Below, piece after piece: positions 11,122-19,992 of a stretch of DNA of 64,000 nucleotides. Numbering within the stretch: the stretch's first letter is position 1; each line of letters begins with the position of its first letter. The position numbers and the translations under genes were made by a program. The notes beneath the pieces were generated by a model. It was not told the origin of the DNA, did not search any database, and saw nothing but the letters and a program-made list of their open reading frames with translations. The stretch is from Patescibacteria group bacterium (GTDB lineage: Bacteria > Patescibacteriota > Patescibacteriia > UBA10025): contig JBHPFX010000004.1 of assembly GCA_042570925.1 (NCBI GenBank), forward strand, positions 9,291 through 73,290. The letters are read 5' to 3'.

Positions 11122-11766
11122 ATGGCGAGTCCCGATATGAGAAGAGATATAGGTCCTGAAAGTAAAGAAATTCCAGGGAGAAGTCTTTTGGAAAAACATG
11201 CCGATCTTGCGGATAAGGAGAGAAGGCCTTTTATGAAAGGTGAAAGACCTGGCGGTCAAACCATTGAAGATGAAAACGGGCATGAAGCGTGGCGTAAAGA
11301 GATTCATTATGTACGGGAGCCAGATCCGAACCGCGAGGGAAAATGGAGAGACACTGATGAGGTAAAAGCAATTACTGAAAGGAAATTTACCAGAGACGAT
11401 CAAGGACGTGTGACTAAGACTGAAGGAACAAACCTTGATCGAGAACATTCTTATCTAGAAGCAACAAAATACGATGATGTTGGGAATGTTGCTAATGAAT
11501 CGGGGGAAGTTACCGAGGGTGAAAAACAAGGTGAAAATTGGAACCGGGAATACACACAAGAGCAGAAAGGTGACTACGTCAAACATGTAATGACAGAGAC
11601 CGGAAAACGTCTGAAAGATTCAAAGCTTGTTGATTATCAAACCGTAAGAGTGAACTACAATGATGGCACAGGAAAAAACGTTTGGGGACATCAGGAATCC
11701 GTCGTAGGAGGAGAAAAGGAAGCACCGATGGAGTGGGGTGAGAAACCTGCTGATTTAGAAGAGTAA
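11122..11766 (+). CDS. hypothetical highly charged soluble protein
   Basis: 214 aa, E/K/D/G/R-rich, no TM. Followed by a clean hairpin terminator. The antisense ORF 11107..11448 looks like junk. No family recognised. Confidence 0.5.
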   Translation: MASPDMRRDIGPESKEIPGRSLLEKHADLADKERRPFMKGERPGGQTIEDENGHEAWRKEIHYVREPDPNREGKWRDTDEVKAITERKFTRDDQGRVTKTEGTNLDREHSYLEATKYDDVGNVANESGEVTEGEKQGENWNREYTQEQKGDYVKHVMTETGKRLKDSKLVDYQTVRVNYNDGTGKNVWGHQESVVGGEKEAPMEWGEKPADLEE

Positions 11767-11780
11767 TAAACCAATCCAAT

Positions 11781-11808
11781 CCCCTCTCATATTCGAGAGG
11801 GGTTTTTG
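11781..11808 (+). terminator. intrinsic terminator
   Basis: cccctctc-atattc-gagagggg hairpin (8 bp) followed by TTTTT. Confidence 0.65.
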
Positions 11809-11814
11809 GTATGT

Positions 11815-12165
11815 CTACCCATCCGTCTGGATCTCATTGAGCGTCCAGGTGAGCTTCTCGGGGTCATATTCTAAGCCATATGTATTAGCTTCATCGGATA
11901 CGGCAAAACACCACACATATCGCGTTCCCACCCTCTTACGGTAGACCAGATTCACGCCTATGACGTCATATCGCCTCCCAGAGCGTAGGAACGCCAAAGG
12001 ACGGACTTTGGTGCCATTAAAGTCCACAACGACGCGAATAGCCTCTTTAAGCTTCTCAACTAGCATATACCTACTATACAGTATACCCGAAGAATAACCG
12101 AAAGTCAATCCTATGTAAAATAGTAGGTTAATTTTCAAACCTAGCCTCCCCCAAAAGGTCCTCAA
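11815..12165 (-). CDS. hypothetical protein
   Basis: 116-aa ORF directly after the cupin gene. Alternative start at 12066 (MLVEKLKEAIRVV...). No family recognised. Confidence 0.45.
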   Translation of the reverse strand: MRTFWGRLGLKINLLFYIGLTFGYSSGILYSRYMLVEKLKEAIRVVVDFNGTKVRPLAFLRSGRRYDVIGVNLVYRKRVGTRYVWCFAVSDEANTYGLEYDPEKLTWTLNEIQTDG

Positions 12166-12166
12166 A

Positions 12167-12469
12167 TCACTGAGATACCTGTATCTTCTCCTTGTCTCTA
12201 TCTATCACTAACTCAATATCGGTAAGTGCGATCAATTTATGGTAAATATTGGGTCCGGATTCGAATCTAGCTGGCGCTTTTATTATCCGTGTTTCTTTCT
12301 CAATAGTTAATTCAATCTTTCCTTTTACAAGATAAACAATTTCAGAATCCTCATGTTTATGATCAGCACTTATGGTTCCCTTTTTTCTAGCTATAAAACT
12401 CGATTTACCACAATCATATATCATTCCCCTTTTATCAGATTTTATTACCTTGATTTTTTCTATTTGCAT
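12167..12469 (-). CDS. cupin domain protein
   Basis: 100 aa with a cupin-like His cluster and beta pattern (ISADHKHEDSEIVYLVKGKIELTI). Confidence 0.7.
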   Translation of the reverse strand: MQIEKIKVIKSDKRGMIYDCGKSSFIARKKGTISADHKHEDSEIVYLVKGKIELTIEKETRIIKAPARFESGPNIYHKLIALTDIELVIDRDKEKIQVSQ

Positions 12470-12487
12470 TGTTGCTTATTCTAACTT

Positions 12488-13420
12488 TTATATACTTTCG
12501 CTTACTTTTGGACGATGCGGTTCTACATATTTTCTTCCTACTCTCTGCACCATATATATCGCTCCTACTAATAGTATACCACCAATGATTTGTTTTCCAA
12601 CTAGTTTTTCTCCGAGAAATATCCAATTTAATACTACCGCAGAAAAAGGGAAAAATAATTCTGCGATAGTGGCAACTGATGCCTTGGTAAAACGAAGTCC
12701 GTAGTAATACACCAGAAGCGCACCCGTTCCAGTAAAAATTGTTATCAGTATTATTCGCCAAATATCAGGTGCAGAAAGTAATCCAAGATCGTTTAATCCT
12801 CTTTGAGCTGTAATGAAAAACAAAAGAAAGAATAATGCAATGGTTAAACGCAATGAAGTCAGAGCAGGGAAAGTTAATCTTTTTAGCGCAAATTTTCCCA
12901 TGACAGTCGAACCGCCCCAAAAGAATGCCGCGAGCAGTGCATACCATACCCCTTTTGAATTCTCAAAAGTTAGTTCTCCCATACCATTCGGGAAAGAAAT
13001 TACATATGCCCCGCCCAGTGCAATAACGGTCCAAAACCAGAATGATTTTACAAGTCGTTCTTTTAACAGCAGTGATGCTAGAGCAATGGCAATAATCGGC
13101 TGAGTTTTTTGTAATAGAATTGCTACTGAAGGAGATGCATATATAAATGCCGATGTGAAAAAATACGTAGCGAGGGCAGACCCTCCAACGCCAATGAACA
13201 ATACTACCCACCATTCTTTTCTTGATAATTTTTTAAATTGCTTCCAGCTTTTAATTAATATGGGTAAAAGTATGATAACACCAAAAAGATGTTCATAAAA
13301 AACAATTGTAGAGCTTGATAAACTCTCAGTAAGTGGTTTCCTAAGAAGTGCGTCAGCACTCCATAAGAACGCTGCAAATATGATAAAAAAGGCTCCGTAT
13401 TTACGCATATTGACGGTCAT
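12488..13420 (-). CDS. EamA/DMT family transporter
   Basis: 310 aa, 10 TM in two similar halves. Typical DMT N-terminus (FFIIFAAFLWSADALLRK). Confidence 0.85.
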   Translation of the reverse strand: MTVNMRKYGAFFIIFAAFLWSADALLRKPLTESLSSSTIVFYEHLFGVIILLPILIKSWKQFKKLSRKEWWVVLFIGVGGSALATYFFTSAFIYASPSVAILLQKTQPIIAIALASLLLKERLVKSFWFWTVIALGGAYVISFPNGMGELTFENSKGVWYALLAAFFWGGSTVMGKFALKRLTFPALTSLRLTIALFFLLFFITAQRGLNDLGLLSAPDIWRIILITIFTGTGALLVYYYGLRFTKASVATIAELFFPFSAVVLNWIFLGEKLVGKQIIGGILLVGAIYMVQRVGRKYVEPHRPKVSESI

Positions 13421-13482
13421 CTTACATTCAACGCAGCAACCTTGTCAATATACTAATAAGGACGAAAAATTTTACTCAATAT

Positions 13483-15426
13483 CTAAAGTTCTTCCCATGT
13501 TTCGGGCAACAATCTCCAAATCCCCCCCGGCCCAGAAGTAAATGACGTACTTGCGAGTCCAGATTCATACTGTACAGAAACATTATTATCAAGCTGAAGT
13601 AGGTACCCAGTTGCCTCTTTTAACTGGGCATTATTGCTAATTTGAAGCATTCCCTGAGAAGTGAAGAAAATTGCTCCAGATACATTGTTTTCAATTTGTA
13701 TTGCTGGATCAGTACTAGCAATTACTCCCTTATTTGTAGATGCCACCATTATATAGCTACCCTCGACACCCGATCCTAATATATTCCCATTATTGTAAAT
13801 TCTTACCTTACCTTTAGTTTGTTGAAATGAAGGATTGTCCACAACAATGACAGAACTTTCTGAGCCAAATCCTGGGGATAATTGAATAGTAGCACCATTA
13901 TCGACACTTAAATCTCCTTTTACCCATATAATTCCATTCATTGTAATATTTGCACTATTTGTTATCAGAAGATCACCATCTATTTTAATTGGCCCTAAGG
14001 TTTCTCCATTTGAAGCTTCGTATGTTGTTCCTGGACCCCCCGGTGGTGTAATAACACCACCTATTTCTGCATCAAGTTCCCATTGTTGAATTTGAGCATT
14101 TGAAACTGGCATGTTTTCAGGCGGAGGATCAATGGGAGGATCAACAGGTGTTGGACAGTTTTTTGCTCCTGTCACCGTATTCCCACTTTCAGTTTCACAA
14201 GTTAAATCACCACTTATTGTGGAATTTGTAACATTCTCAGCTGTTACATTTCCCGCGATAGTGCTTCCATCAACGTCACCGCATGTCAAATTTCCTGCAA
14301 GTGTCGTTCCTCCCATTATTTGGCAGAGAGAATCAACTGATATCGTAGAATTTTGAATTGAATTAGCGTGCACTAATCCATCAACCGTTAACGGGACGGT
14401 CAATCCTGTTATTGATGTTGGAACACCCCCCATCCATACTTTGAAATTAAAGTCTGAGTTTGCGCTATTCCAAGGATCATCATCCCAATCTTCAGAATAC
14501 ATCCCTACTCCATTACCATATCCGCTATTATCATGAGATCCCCACACCCAGTACTTACTCGGATTCGTTGCTCCAACATCAATTACTATCCAGTATGACG
14601 TGCCTAGTATAAGTGGTGGTGTAGTATTAAACGTAACATCAATCCAATCATAAAAACCAGTAACCAGGCTTGAATCTAGAGTACCCGTTGCGAGCGCTAC
14701 ATCTCCCGGAAATCCTCCATCATCTATTACAATACGTACTGTAGCATTTGAGGGACTACCTACTTTTTTTATATACAAACTGATTTTATTCATCACGTTT
14801 GTTTCACCGGCTTTAAAACTCTGCGCCGCATCTGCCTCTTCATTAGTTCTACCGACATCAAAATCATCTGTTTGAACTGTTTGACTCTGATCGGGTGTCA
14901 GTGCAGTTCCACCTGCAACAATGACACTTCCATTTATTGATGCACCAGGTCCAGAAGTAATACTTCCATTTGAATATACGTTCCCCTCAATAGTAGCATT
15001 GTTGTCCATATTAAGTCCCCCTTCGCCCACCTGTACTCCATAAAAAAATGACGCTTCACTCGTAGCTGGTTCATCTGTACTTGTTATTCTAATAGTTCTT
15101 TGAATTCCTGCTACAGTTCCAATTGATACAAGTTGTTTATTGCTTCCTAAAGTTGAAACATTTACTGAATATGATCCTGCACCAAGATTTTCTGACTCTC
15201 CAACATATGGTTGCGTACATATCGTTGGGTGATTTAAGCACCAGAGTGCCCTATCAATTCCTGATTCCGCAAGTTGTAATGAAAGTGCACGATGAGTTTC
15301 ACGATTTAAAACAAATGAGTTATAGATCACCGATGTTGCAACAGCCATAATAATAACAATTGTTGATGTAAGGACAACAAGTGCCACTACGATTGTCTGC
15401 CCTTTATTTGTTTCTGAGTGTCGCAT
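13483..15426 (-). CDS. large PilX-like/minor-pilin-like exported protein
   Basis: Start trimmed to MRHSETNKGQTIVVALVVL... The hydrophobic N-terminal helix followed by LQLAESGIDRALWCL resembles PilX N-terminal domains. Then about 600 aa with repeated G-N/S-x-T/S beta-helix-like motifs (IEGNVYSNGSITSGPGASINGSVIVAGG; LAGNLTCGDVDGSTIAGNVTAENVTNSTISGDLTC). Confidence 0.65.
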   Translation of the reverse strand: MRHSETNKGQTIVVALVVLTSTIVIIMAVATSVIYNSFVLNRETHRALSLQLAESGIDRALWCLNHPTICTQPYVGESENLGAGSYSVNVSTLGSNKQLVSIGTVAGIQRTIRITSTDEPATSEASFFYGVQVGEGGLNMDNNATIEGNVYSNGSITSGPGASINGSVIVAGGTALTPDQSQTVQTDDFDVGRTNEEADAAQSFKAGETNVMNKISLYIKKVGSPSNATVRIVIDDGGFPGDVALATGTLDSSLVTGFYDWIDVTFNTTPPLILGTSYWIVIDVGATNPSKYWVWGSHDNSGYGNGVGMYSEDWDDDPWNSANSDFNFKVWMGGVPTSITGLTVPLTVDGLVHANSIQNSTISVDSLCQIMGGTTLAGNLTCGDVDGSTIAGNVTAENVTNSTISGDLTCETESGNTVTGAKNCPTPVDPPIDPPPENMPVSNAQIQQWELDAEIGGVITPPGGPGTTYEASNGETLGPIKIDGDLLITNSANITMNGIIWVKGDLSVDNGATIQLSPGFGSESSVIVVDNPSFQQTKGKVRIYNNGNILGSGVEGSYIMVASTNKGVIASTDPAIQIENNVSGAIFFTSQGMLQISNNAQLKEATGYLLQLDNNVSVQYESGLASTSFTSGPGGIWRLLPETWEEL

Positions 15427-15973
15427 GTGTTTGAAGCGTGTGAGTGATTGTTTTATCTCCCGTAATATCACTGATGGTGAAACTCGCGGAAACATCCTTA
15501 CTGTTTGTTGGGTCAGTCTCGCGATACGTAAACGTCAAATCATCAAAATGAGATCCAATGATTTCTGACCTGTCATCACGTGCACTGTTATCATCTGCGT
15601 CGGTAATTCGCAATAATTTAGATGTATCAGAGGAGTCTAGCGTAAGAGCAATGTAGTCAAATGTGCCGGGTATAATTTCACCCGTCTCATCGATTGATAA
15701 CAACTCTAATACAACTGTAGTTGAACCTGTAAGATACGGCTGGCCTAACAAACTTTTTGATGATTTGATGTTGACTGATGGAATTATCGTGTCATTAATT
15801 CTTTTTGCTATACGGGATGCTTCAATAATCAGGTCTTGCCTTAAACGACTTTCTCTTATTGTACGTCCTAATGAAATGTATATTGATCCAAGAAGCACAC
15901 TTATAACTGCCAAAATGCCCAATGTTACAAGAAGATCAGTTAAAGTGAAACCTTTCTGATCCAGAATCTTCAT
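15404..15973 (-). CDS. prepilin-type N-terminal cleavage/methylation domain protein (pseudopilin)
   Basis: MKILDQKG|FTLTDLLVTLGILAVISVLL is a class III signal peptide. It has Asp at +5 where Glu is usual. Confidence 0.8.
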   Translation of the reverse strand: MKILDQKGFTLTDLLVTLGILAVISVLLGSIYISLGRTIRESRLRQDLIIEASRIAKRINDTIIPSVNIKSSKSLLGQPYLTGSTTVVLELLSIDETGEIIPGTFDYIALTLDSSDTSKLLRITDADDNSARDDRSEIIGSHFDDLTFTYRETDPTNSKDVSASFTISDITGDKTITHTLQTHATLRNK

Positions 15974-15975
15974 AT

Positions 15976-16932
15976 TTAGGGAAGCACGCTTAATCTATTA
16001 ATATACATGGTGTTCGATAATGACTTTGCATTAGCACCTTCTGTCCATGACACAGTTAAATCGACTTTCTTTATATCACTGTATCCAGGTTCTAAATCAT
16101 TAATGGTAATCGATGTTGATCCATTTGGAATATTTTCTGGAGTAGTTCTTTGCCACCCCACAGCAATACTTCCTACTTGTTCGGTAGCTAATGGAAAACT
16201 CCAGAAATTGGTCGTTATATTCGAGACAAAGATATCGTCGAATTCAGCTGTCACTCCGTCAAAACCCGCCAAAGCAAAATATCCTTGACTAAATTCGTTA
16301 TCTTCAACGGGTGATCCAGTTTCATTTACACCATTTATCAATACTGAGAATGAGTTCCCCTGCGAATTCATGGTAAAAGAATACCAAGTATTAGTATTTA
16401 TTGTTTTAGCTTTACTCCAAAGTTGTGTTTCTACGCCCTCCACCACTTTTACAATTCGTATCTGACTGGATGAAACTGTAACGAGATTATAATTCTGACT
16501 ATCGTGATATCGGTAATACATGCCAATTTTCCATCCAGCGGGAGATGTTGGTTTAATTCTAAAATACGATTCTAACACCGCATCACCCACTTTACCAACC
16601 GGCACAATTTGACGACTGGGATTTGAATCACCCGATGCGTCATAAACAGTATATACATATGGATCTGACTGAGGATTAACTGGCGCTTCTATTGCCCACG
16701 TACCTGAGTTATAACCTACTTCAATAAATGGTGTATTTGTGCGATTACCTAAGTCAGAAAAAGAAGCACTGCGCAGTGATTCTATTTCTTCTACCATCAA
16801 TTGTCTTGCAAGTGTTTGATACTGGCTGTGTCGCTGAAGTCGCTGGGTGATTATATATCCGCCTACTACCACTATGAGTAACGAAATCACAGCAATTGAT
16901 ACTAAGCTTTCAATTAGCCCAAATCCCCGCAT
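15976..16932 (-). CDS. prepilin-type protein with C-terminal LamG/concanavalin-like domain
   Basis: MRG|FGLIESLVSIAVISLLIVV class III signal with Glu at +5. C-terminal region YFRIKP...WKIGMYYRYHDSQNYNLVTV...WYSFTMNSQGNSFSVLINGV...GYFALAGFDGVTAEFDDIFV looks like a jelly-roll lectin domain. ORF could start at 16989. Confidence 0.7.
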   Translation of the reverse strand: MRGFGLIESLVSIAVISLLIVVVGGYIITQRLQRHSQYQTLARQLMVEEIESLRSASFSDLGNRTNTPFIEVGYNSGTWAIEAPVNPQSDPYVYTVYDASGDSNPSRQIVPVGKVGDAVLESYFRIKPTSPAGWKIGMYYRYHDSQNYNLVTVSSSQIRIVKVVEGVETQLWSKAKTINTNTWYSFTMNSQGNSFSVLINGVNETGSPVEDNEFSQGYFALAGFDGVTAEFDDIFVSNITTNFWSFPLATEQVGSIAVGWQRTTPENIPNGSTSITINDLEPGYSDIKKVDLTVSWTEGANAKSLSNTMYINRLSVLP

Positions 16933-17077
16933 TGTTTTTTTGCGATTATCTCGTAATTGGCCTTTTTGTGGTTTTCTTTTTACCCCCATTGTGCTTGATA
17001 TGGTTTGATTATATCATATTTAAGTAAAAAAATCCACCTCCCTACGGAGACAATCAAACATTATAACGAATATTAAG

Positions 17078-17644
17078 TTACACGTTCAATTTAAATCGAA
17101 TATCTTCAATTCGATGCAAATTTCTTTTTGCTTCATCGAACTTTTGACGAAGATGTCCTGTCAAATGAAAATTAAGAAGTTCTTCAACAACACTCTCTAC
17201 CACCTTTTGCACCTGATCAACTTTTTTTGCATTACCTTGTGTTGCAATTGTAACGGCGTATCTAACCAGCTCACCGGTAAAATCAGCCAATCCGGCAACA
17301 ATTTCTTCACTTTCCGGATCAAATTCTTTTACAAGCTTGAGTTTCCCGTTCACAATGAACTGGTAGTACGTACGTGCTTCGATATATTCCTCAAGCGCTG
17401 CTCGGACACATCCTTCATATCTCAACTTAGGAATTTTTTTCCAGATTTTCTGAAGTTGTTGTAATTCCTTTTCAGCGTCTTTCAGGCTACTATTTGCATC
17501 TTTATTCTTCTCTTGATGTAAATAAAATATAGCTCTTTTTGACAGACGAAGCGCTTCTTGTGATATATGAATTGCTGAGGATCGTGATTCCTGAAATTTC
17601 TTATACGATTTCCTCATTGGCGAAAAAAAATGGTATTTAGCCAT
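17078..17644 (-). CDS. translin family (C3PO/TRAX-like) protein
   Basis: All-helical, about 188 aa, with translin-family motifs ALEEYIEARTYY and GLADFTGELVRYA. Start trimmed to MAKYHFF (8-nt overlap with the upstream gene). Confidence 0.6.
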   Translation of the reverse strand: MAKYHFFSPMRKSYKKFQESRSSAIHISQEALRLSKRAIFYLHQEKNKDANSSLKDAEKELQQLQKIWKKIPKLRYEGCVRAALEEYIEARTYYQFIVNGKLKLVKEFDPESEEIVAGLADFTGELVRYAVTIATQGNAKKVDQVQKVVESVVEELLNFHLTGHLRQKFDEAKRNLHRIEDIRFKLNV

Positions 17645-17876
17645 TTCCGTTTTCATTAGCATCTTCACCCACTGATTCATCGCTCCTAAAACGACTCTGA
17701 AGATTTTCACGCAACGATTTAGTATCCTCTTCTTCCGTCATGCGTGAGTTATCAATCATTTCATCAATAACATCATCCACCATTTGTTCATACTCATCAA
17801 ACGAAAGGAGGCCCTTCTCTTCCATTCGCTTTTTTACCGATTTATGTATCTCCGAAGCTAAATTTGGTGCTTCCAT
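17637..17876 (-). CDS. small acidic hypothetical protein
   Basis: 79 aa, D/E-rich. Tightly packed between xseB and the translin-like gene. No family recognised. Confidence 0.5.
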   Translation of the reverse strand: MEAPNLASEIHKSVKKRMEEKGLLSFDEYEQMVDDVIDEMIDNSRMTEEEDTKSLRENLQSRFRSDESVGEDANENGNG

Positions 17877-17887
17877 AATTTTGTATG

Positions 17888-18094
17888 TTAAGTATTTTCA
17901 AATTTTTTCTTAATTGTTTCAATCTTGTTTTCTACCTCTTGTAGTTGAATTTTTAATTTATTAGCTATCTCAAGCCCGCGTTCAAACTTTTTAATTCCTT
18001 CATCAATATCAACAGAACCTGTCTCAAATTCTTTTGTAATTTTCTCTAACTCATCGAATAGTTTTGAAAAGTTGGATGTTGTTTGTTTGGCCAT
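17888..18094 (-). CDS. xseB: exodeoxyribonuclease VII small subunit
   Basis: 68-aa helical hairpin (FDELEKITKEFETGSVDIDEGIKKFERGLEIANKL), immediately downstream of xseA. Confidence 0.85.
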   Translation of the reverse strand: MAKQTTSNFSKLFDELEKITKEFETGSVDIDEGIKKFERGLEIANKLKIQLQEVENKIETIKKKFENT

Positions 18095-18101
18095 ATGTTC
18101 T

Positions 18102-19271
18102 TTACGTTATTTTAGAACGAATCGTTCCTGATTTCAACCTTGTCACAACCACGTCTCCTGATAGTACATCTTTTGAACTCTTTAGAACATTCTCGCCTTT
18201 ATGTGTCACACTGTATCCTCTATTGAGTGTTGCTTGTGGAGAAAGTGAATTAATGAGCTTTTCATTGTGCACAACTCTATCTTTGTTAGATTGTATGAGA
18301 TGTTCAAACTCACTAAATGAATGAGTAAACTGTATTGTAACATCTTTTGCCTTTTGTGTTTCAAGTCGCACAGCATTTTCAAGAAGTCGTAACGATTCGT
18401 TAATCTTATCATTTTCACCAGCGATACGTTCTACAAGCGAGTTTTCAATGTTCATACACAATGTATCGATTTGAAATAATATCTCTCTTCGTTCAGGAAC
18501 TACCCTCTCTGCAGCGTTAGATGGAGTTGATGCACGTACATCAGCTACTAAATCCGCAATAGTCCAATCACGTTCATGACCGACCCCACAGACAACCGGT
18601 GTACTGGAGGCAAATATTGCCCGTGCAACATCTTCTGAATTAAAGGACTGCAAATCTTCTATTGATCCACCACCGCGTGTCAGAATTATCACGTCAACTT
18701 CTTCATTTAAGTTTAAATATGTAAAGGCTTTTACAATTGTAGAAATCGAACCGGGACCCTGTACTCCTGTTGGAAAGAATTTAACTTGTACTCCAGACCA
18801 TCTATTTTTCAATACACGGAGCACATCTGTTCGCGCAGCTGCATCTGGTGATGTGATCAACCCTATCTTTTCCGGAAAACGAGGAAGTTCCCTTTTTCTC
18901 TCTTCCGCAAATAATCCCTCCTTTTCAAGTTTTTCCTTCAGCATCATCAGCGCTTTATTCAAAGCACCTTTTCCAACAAGTTCAATTTCACTAACATTAA
19001 TATTAAAACGTCCGCTTTTTTTGAATAAAGATGCTTTTCCATGTACACGAATCTCTATTCCATCCTTTAATGGAACCCTAAGATTTGATTTCATCATAAA
19101 ACATGTCACACGTGAAATCTTGTCTTTAATTTCAAAAAATACAAACTTATCTTGCGATATCTTAAAATCAACTACTTCACCTTGAACAGATATGCTACCT
19201 AAACCTTCTTCAAGGTAATCTCTAATTACATCCACAAATTCTGAAACTGAATATATCTTGTTACTTGGCAT
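18102..19271 (-). CDS. xseA: exodeoxyribonuclease VII large subunit
   Basis: N-terminal OB fold (YSVSEFVDVIRDYLEE...ISVQGEVVDF), catalytic core (ILTRGGGSIEDLQSFNSE...VVCGVGHERD), and a C-terminal coiled coil. Confidence 0.92.
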   Translation of the reverse strand: MPSNKIYSVSEFVDVIRDYLEEGLGSISVQGEVVDFKISQDKFVFFEIKDKISRVTCFMMKSNLRVPLKDGIEIRVHGKASLFKKSGRFNINVSEIELVGKGALNKALMMLKEKLEKEGLFAEERKRELPRFPEKIGLITSPDAAARTDVLRVLKNRWSGVQVKFFPTGVQGPGSISTIVKAFTYLNLNEEVDVIILTRGGGSIEDLQSFNSEDVARAIFASSTPVVCGVGHERDWTIADLVADVRASTPSNAAERVVPERREILFQIDTLCMNIENSLVERIAGENDKINESLRLLENAVRLETQKAKDVTIQFTHSFSEFEHLIQSNKDRVVHNEKLINSLSPQATLNRGYSVTHKGENVLKSSKDVLSGDVVVTRLKSGTIRSKIT

Positions 19272-19974
19272 TTCTAGAAATTGTATTCTTTTTTATATCT
19301 ACACTACTTTTCTTTATACCTTTTGATGATATAAATTCAAAAAAATCATATATCTCATCTTCATATGCAGGCAAAAGGGTGTGCATGTCATCGGTAAATG
19401 TTTTTGGAAATCGCTTCATCTCTTCTTTTAATTCTTCCATTGTATAAAAGAGAATTCCTTTTGCTTCTTTATCTACTGTCTTAATGCTTCCATCATAAAT
19501 TCCAAAATATGCGTGTATCTTATTAGCTATTAAAACGTTCTTTCCATCAATAATCTTTTTTAAAAAATATACTTTACTCTTTGAATGTTTAATAATCGAA
19601 ATAGTGGTGAGATATTCCTCCAATAAAACGAGGGTCTTTTTGAAATCCGACGTATTCTTAAGTACAATTGATGGAGTCTGTAGTTCCTGGACTGTCTCTA
19701 CCATGACAGTGTAATCTGGAGTATCGCCAAATCTCACATGCCCACCGATCGACTTGTCGAGCAATCCAGGATTGTGAGCTTTATCATATGATCTTTTTTG
19801 TACGAGTAATTCCTTACTGCTGTTAAAGATGAATATGTCAATAATCTCATTCGCCCTATTTGGCTTTTTGCCCTCCTTGCCTATCTTCACTTGCTCAGCG
19901 TAAAACTCTTTACGATCCATTGGGATTGGTGTCTCTGGATCATCAAGTTTATATGTATTTATTATTTCACTCAT
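19261..19974 (-). CDS. NUDIX-fold protein with degenerate Nudix box
   Basis: ELLVQKRSYDKAHNPGLLDKSIGGHVRFGDTPDYTVMVETVQELQ aligns to the IDI-type Nudix pattern, but the R-E and E-E-x-G positions are substituted. Confidence 0.5.
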   Translation of the reverse strand: MSEIINTYKLDDPETPIPMDRKEFYAEQVKIGKEGKKPNRANEIIDIFIFNSSKELLVQKRSYDKAHNPGLLDKSIGGHVRFGDTPDYTVMVETVQELQTPSIVLKNTSDFKKTLVLLEEYLTTISIIKHSKSKVYFLKKIIDGKNVLIANKIHAYFGIYDGSIKTVDKEAKGILFYTMEELKEEMKRFPKTFTDDMHTLLPAYEDEIYDFFEFISSKGIKKSSVDIKKNTISRNAK

Positions 19975-19992
19975 ACGTTAATTCTACCACCT

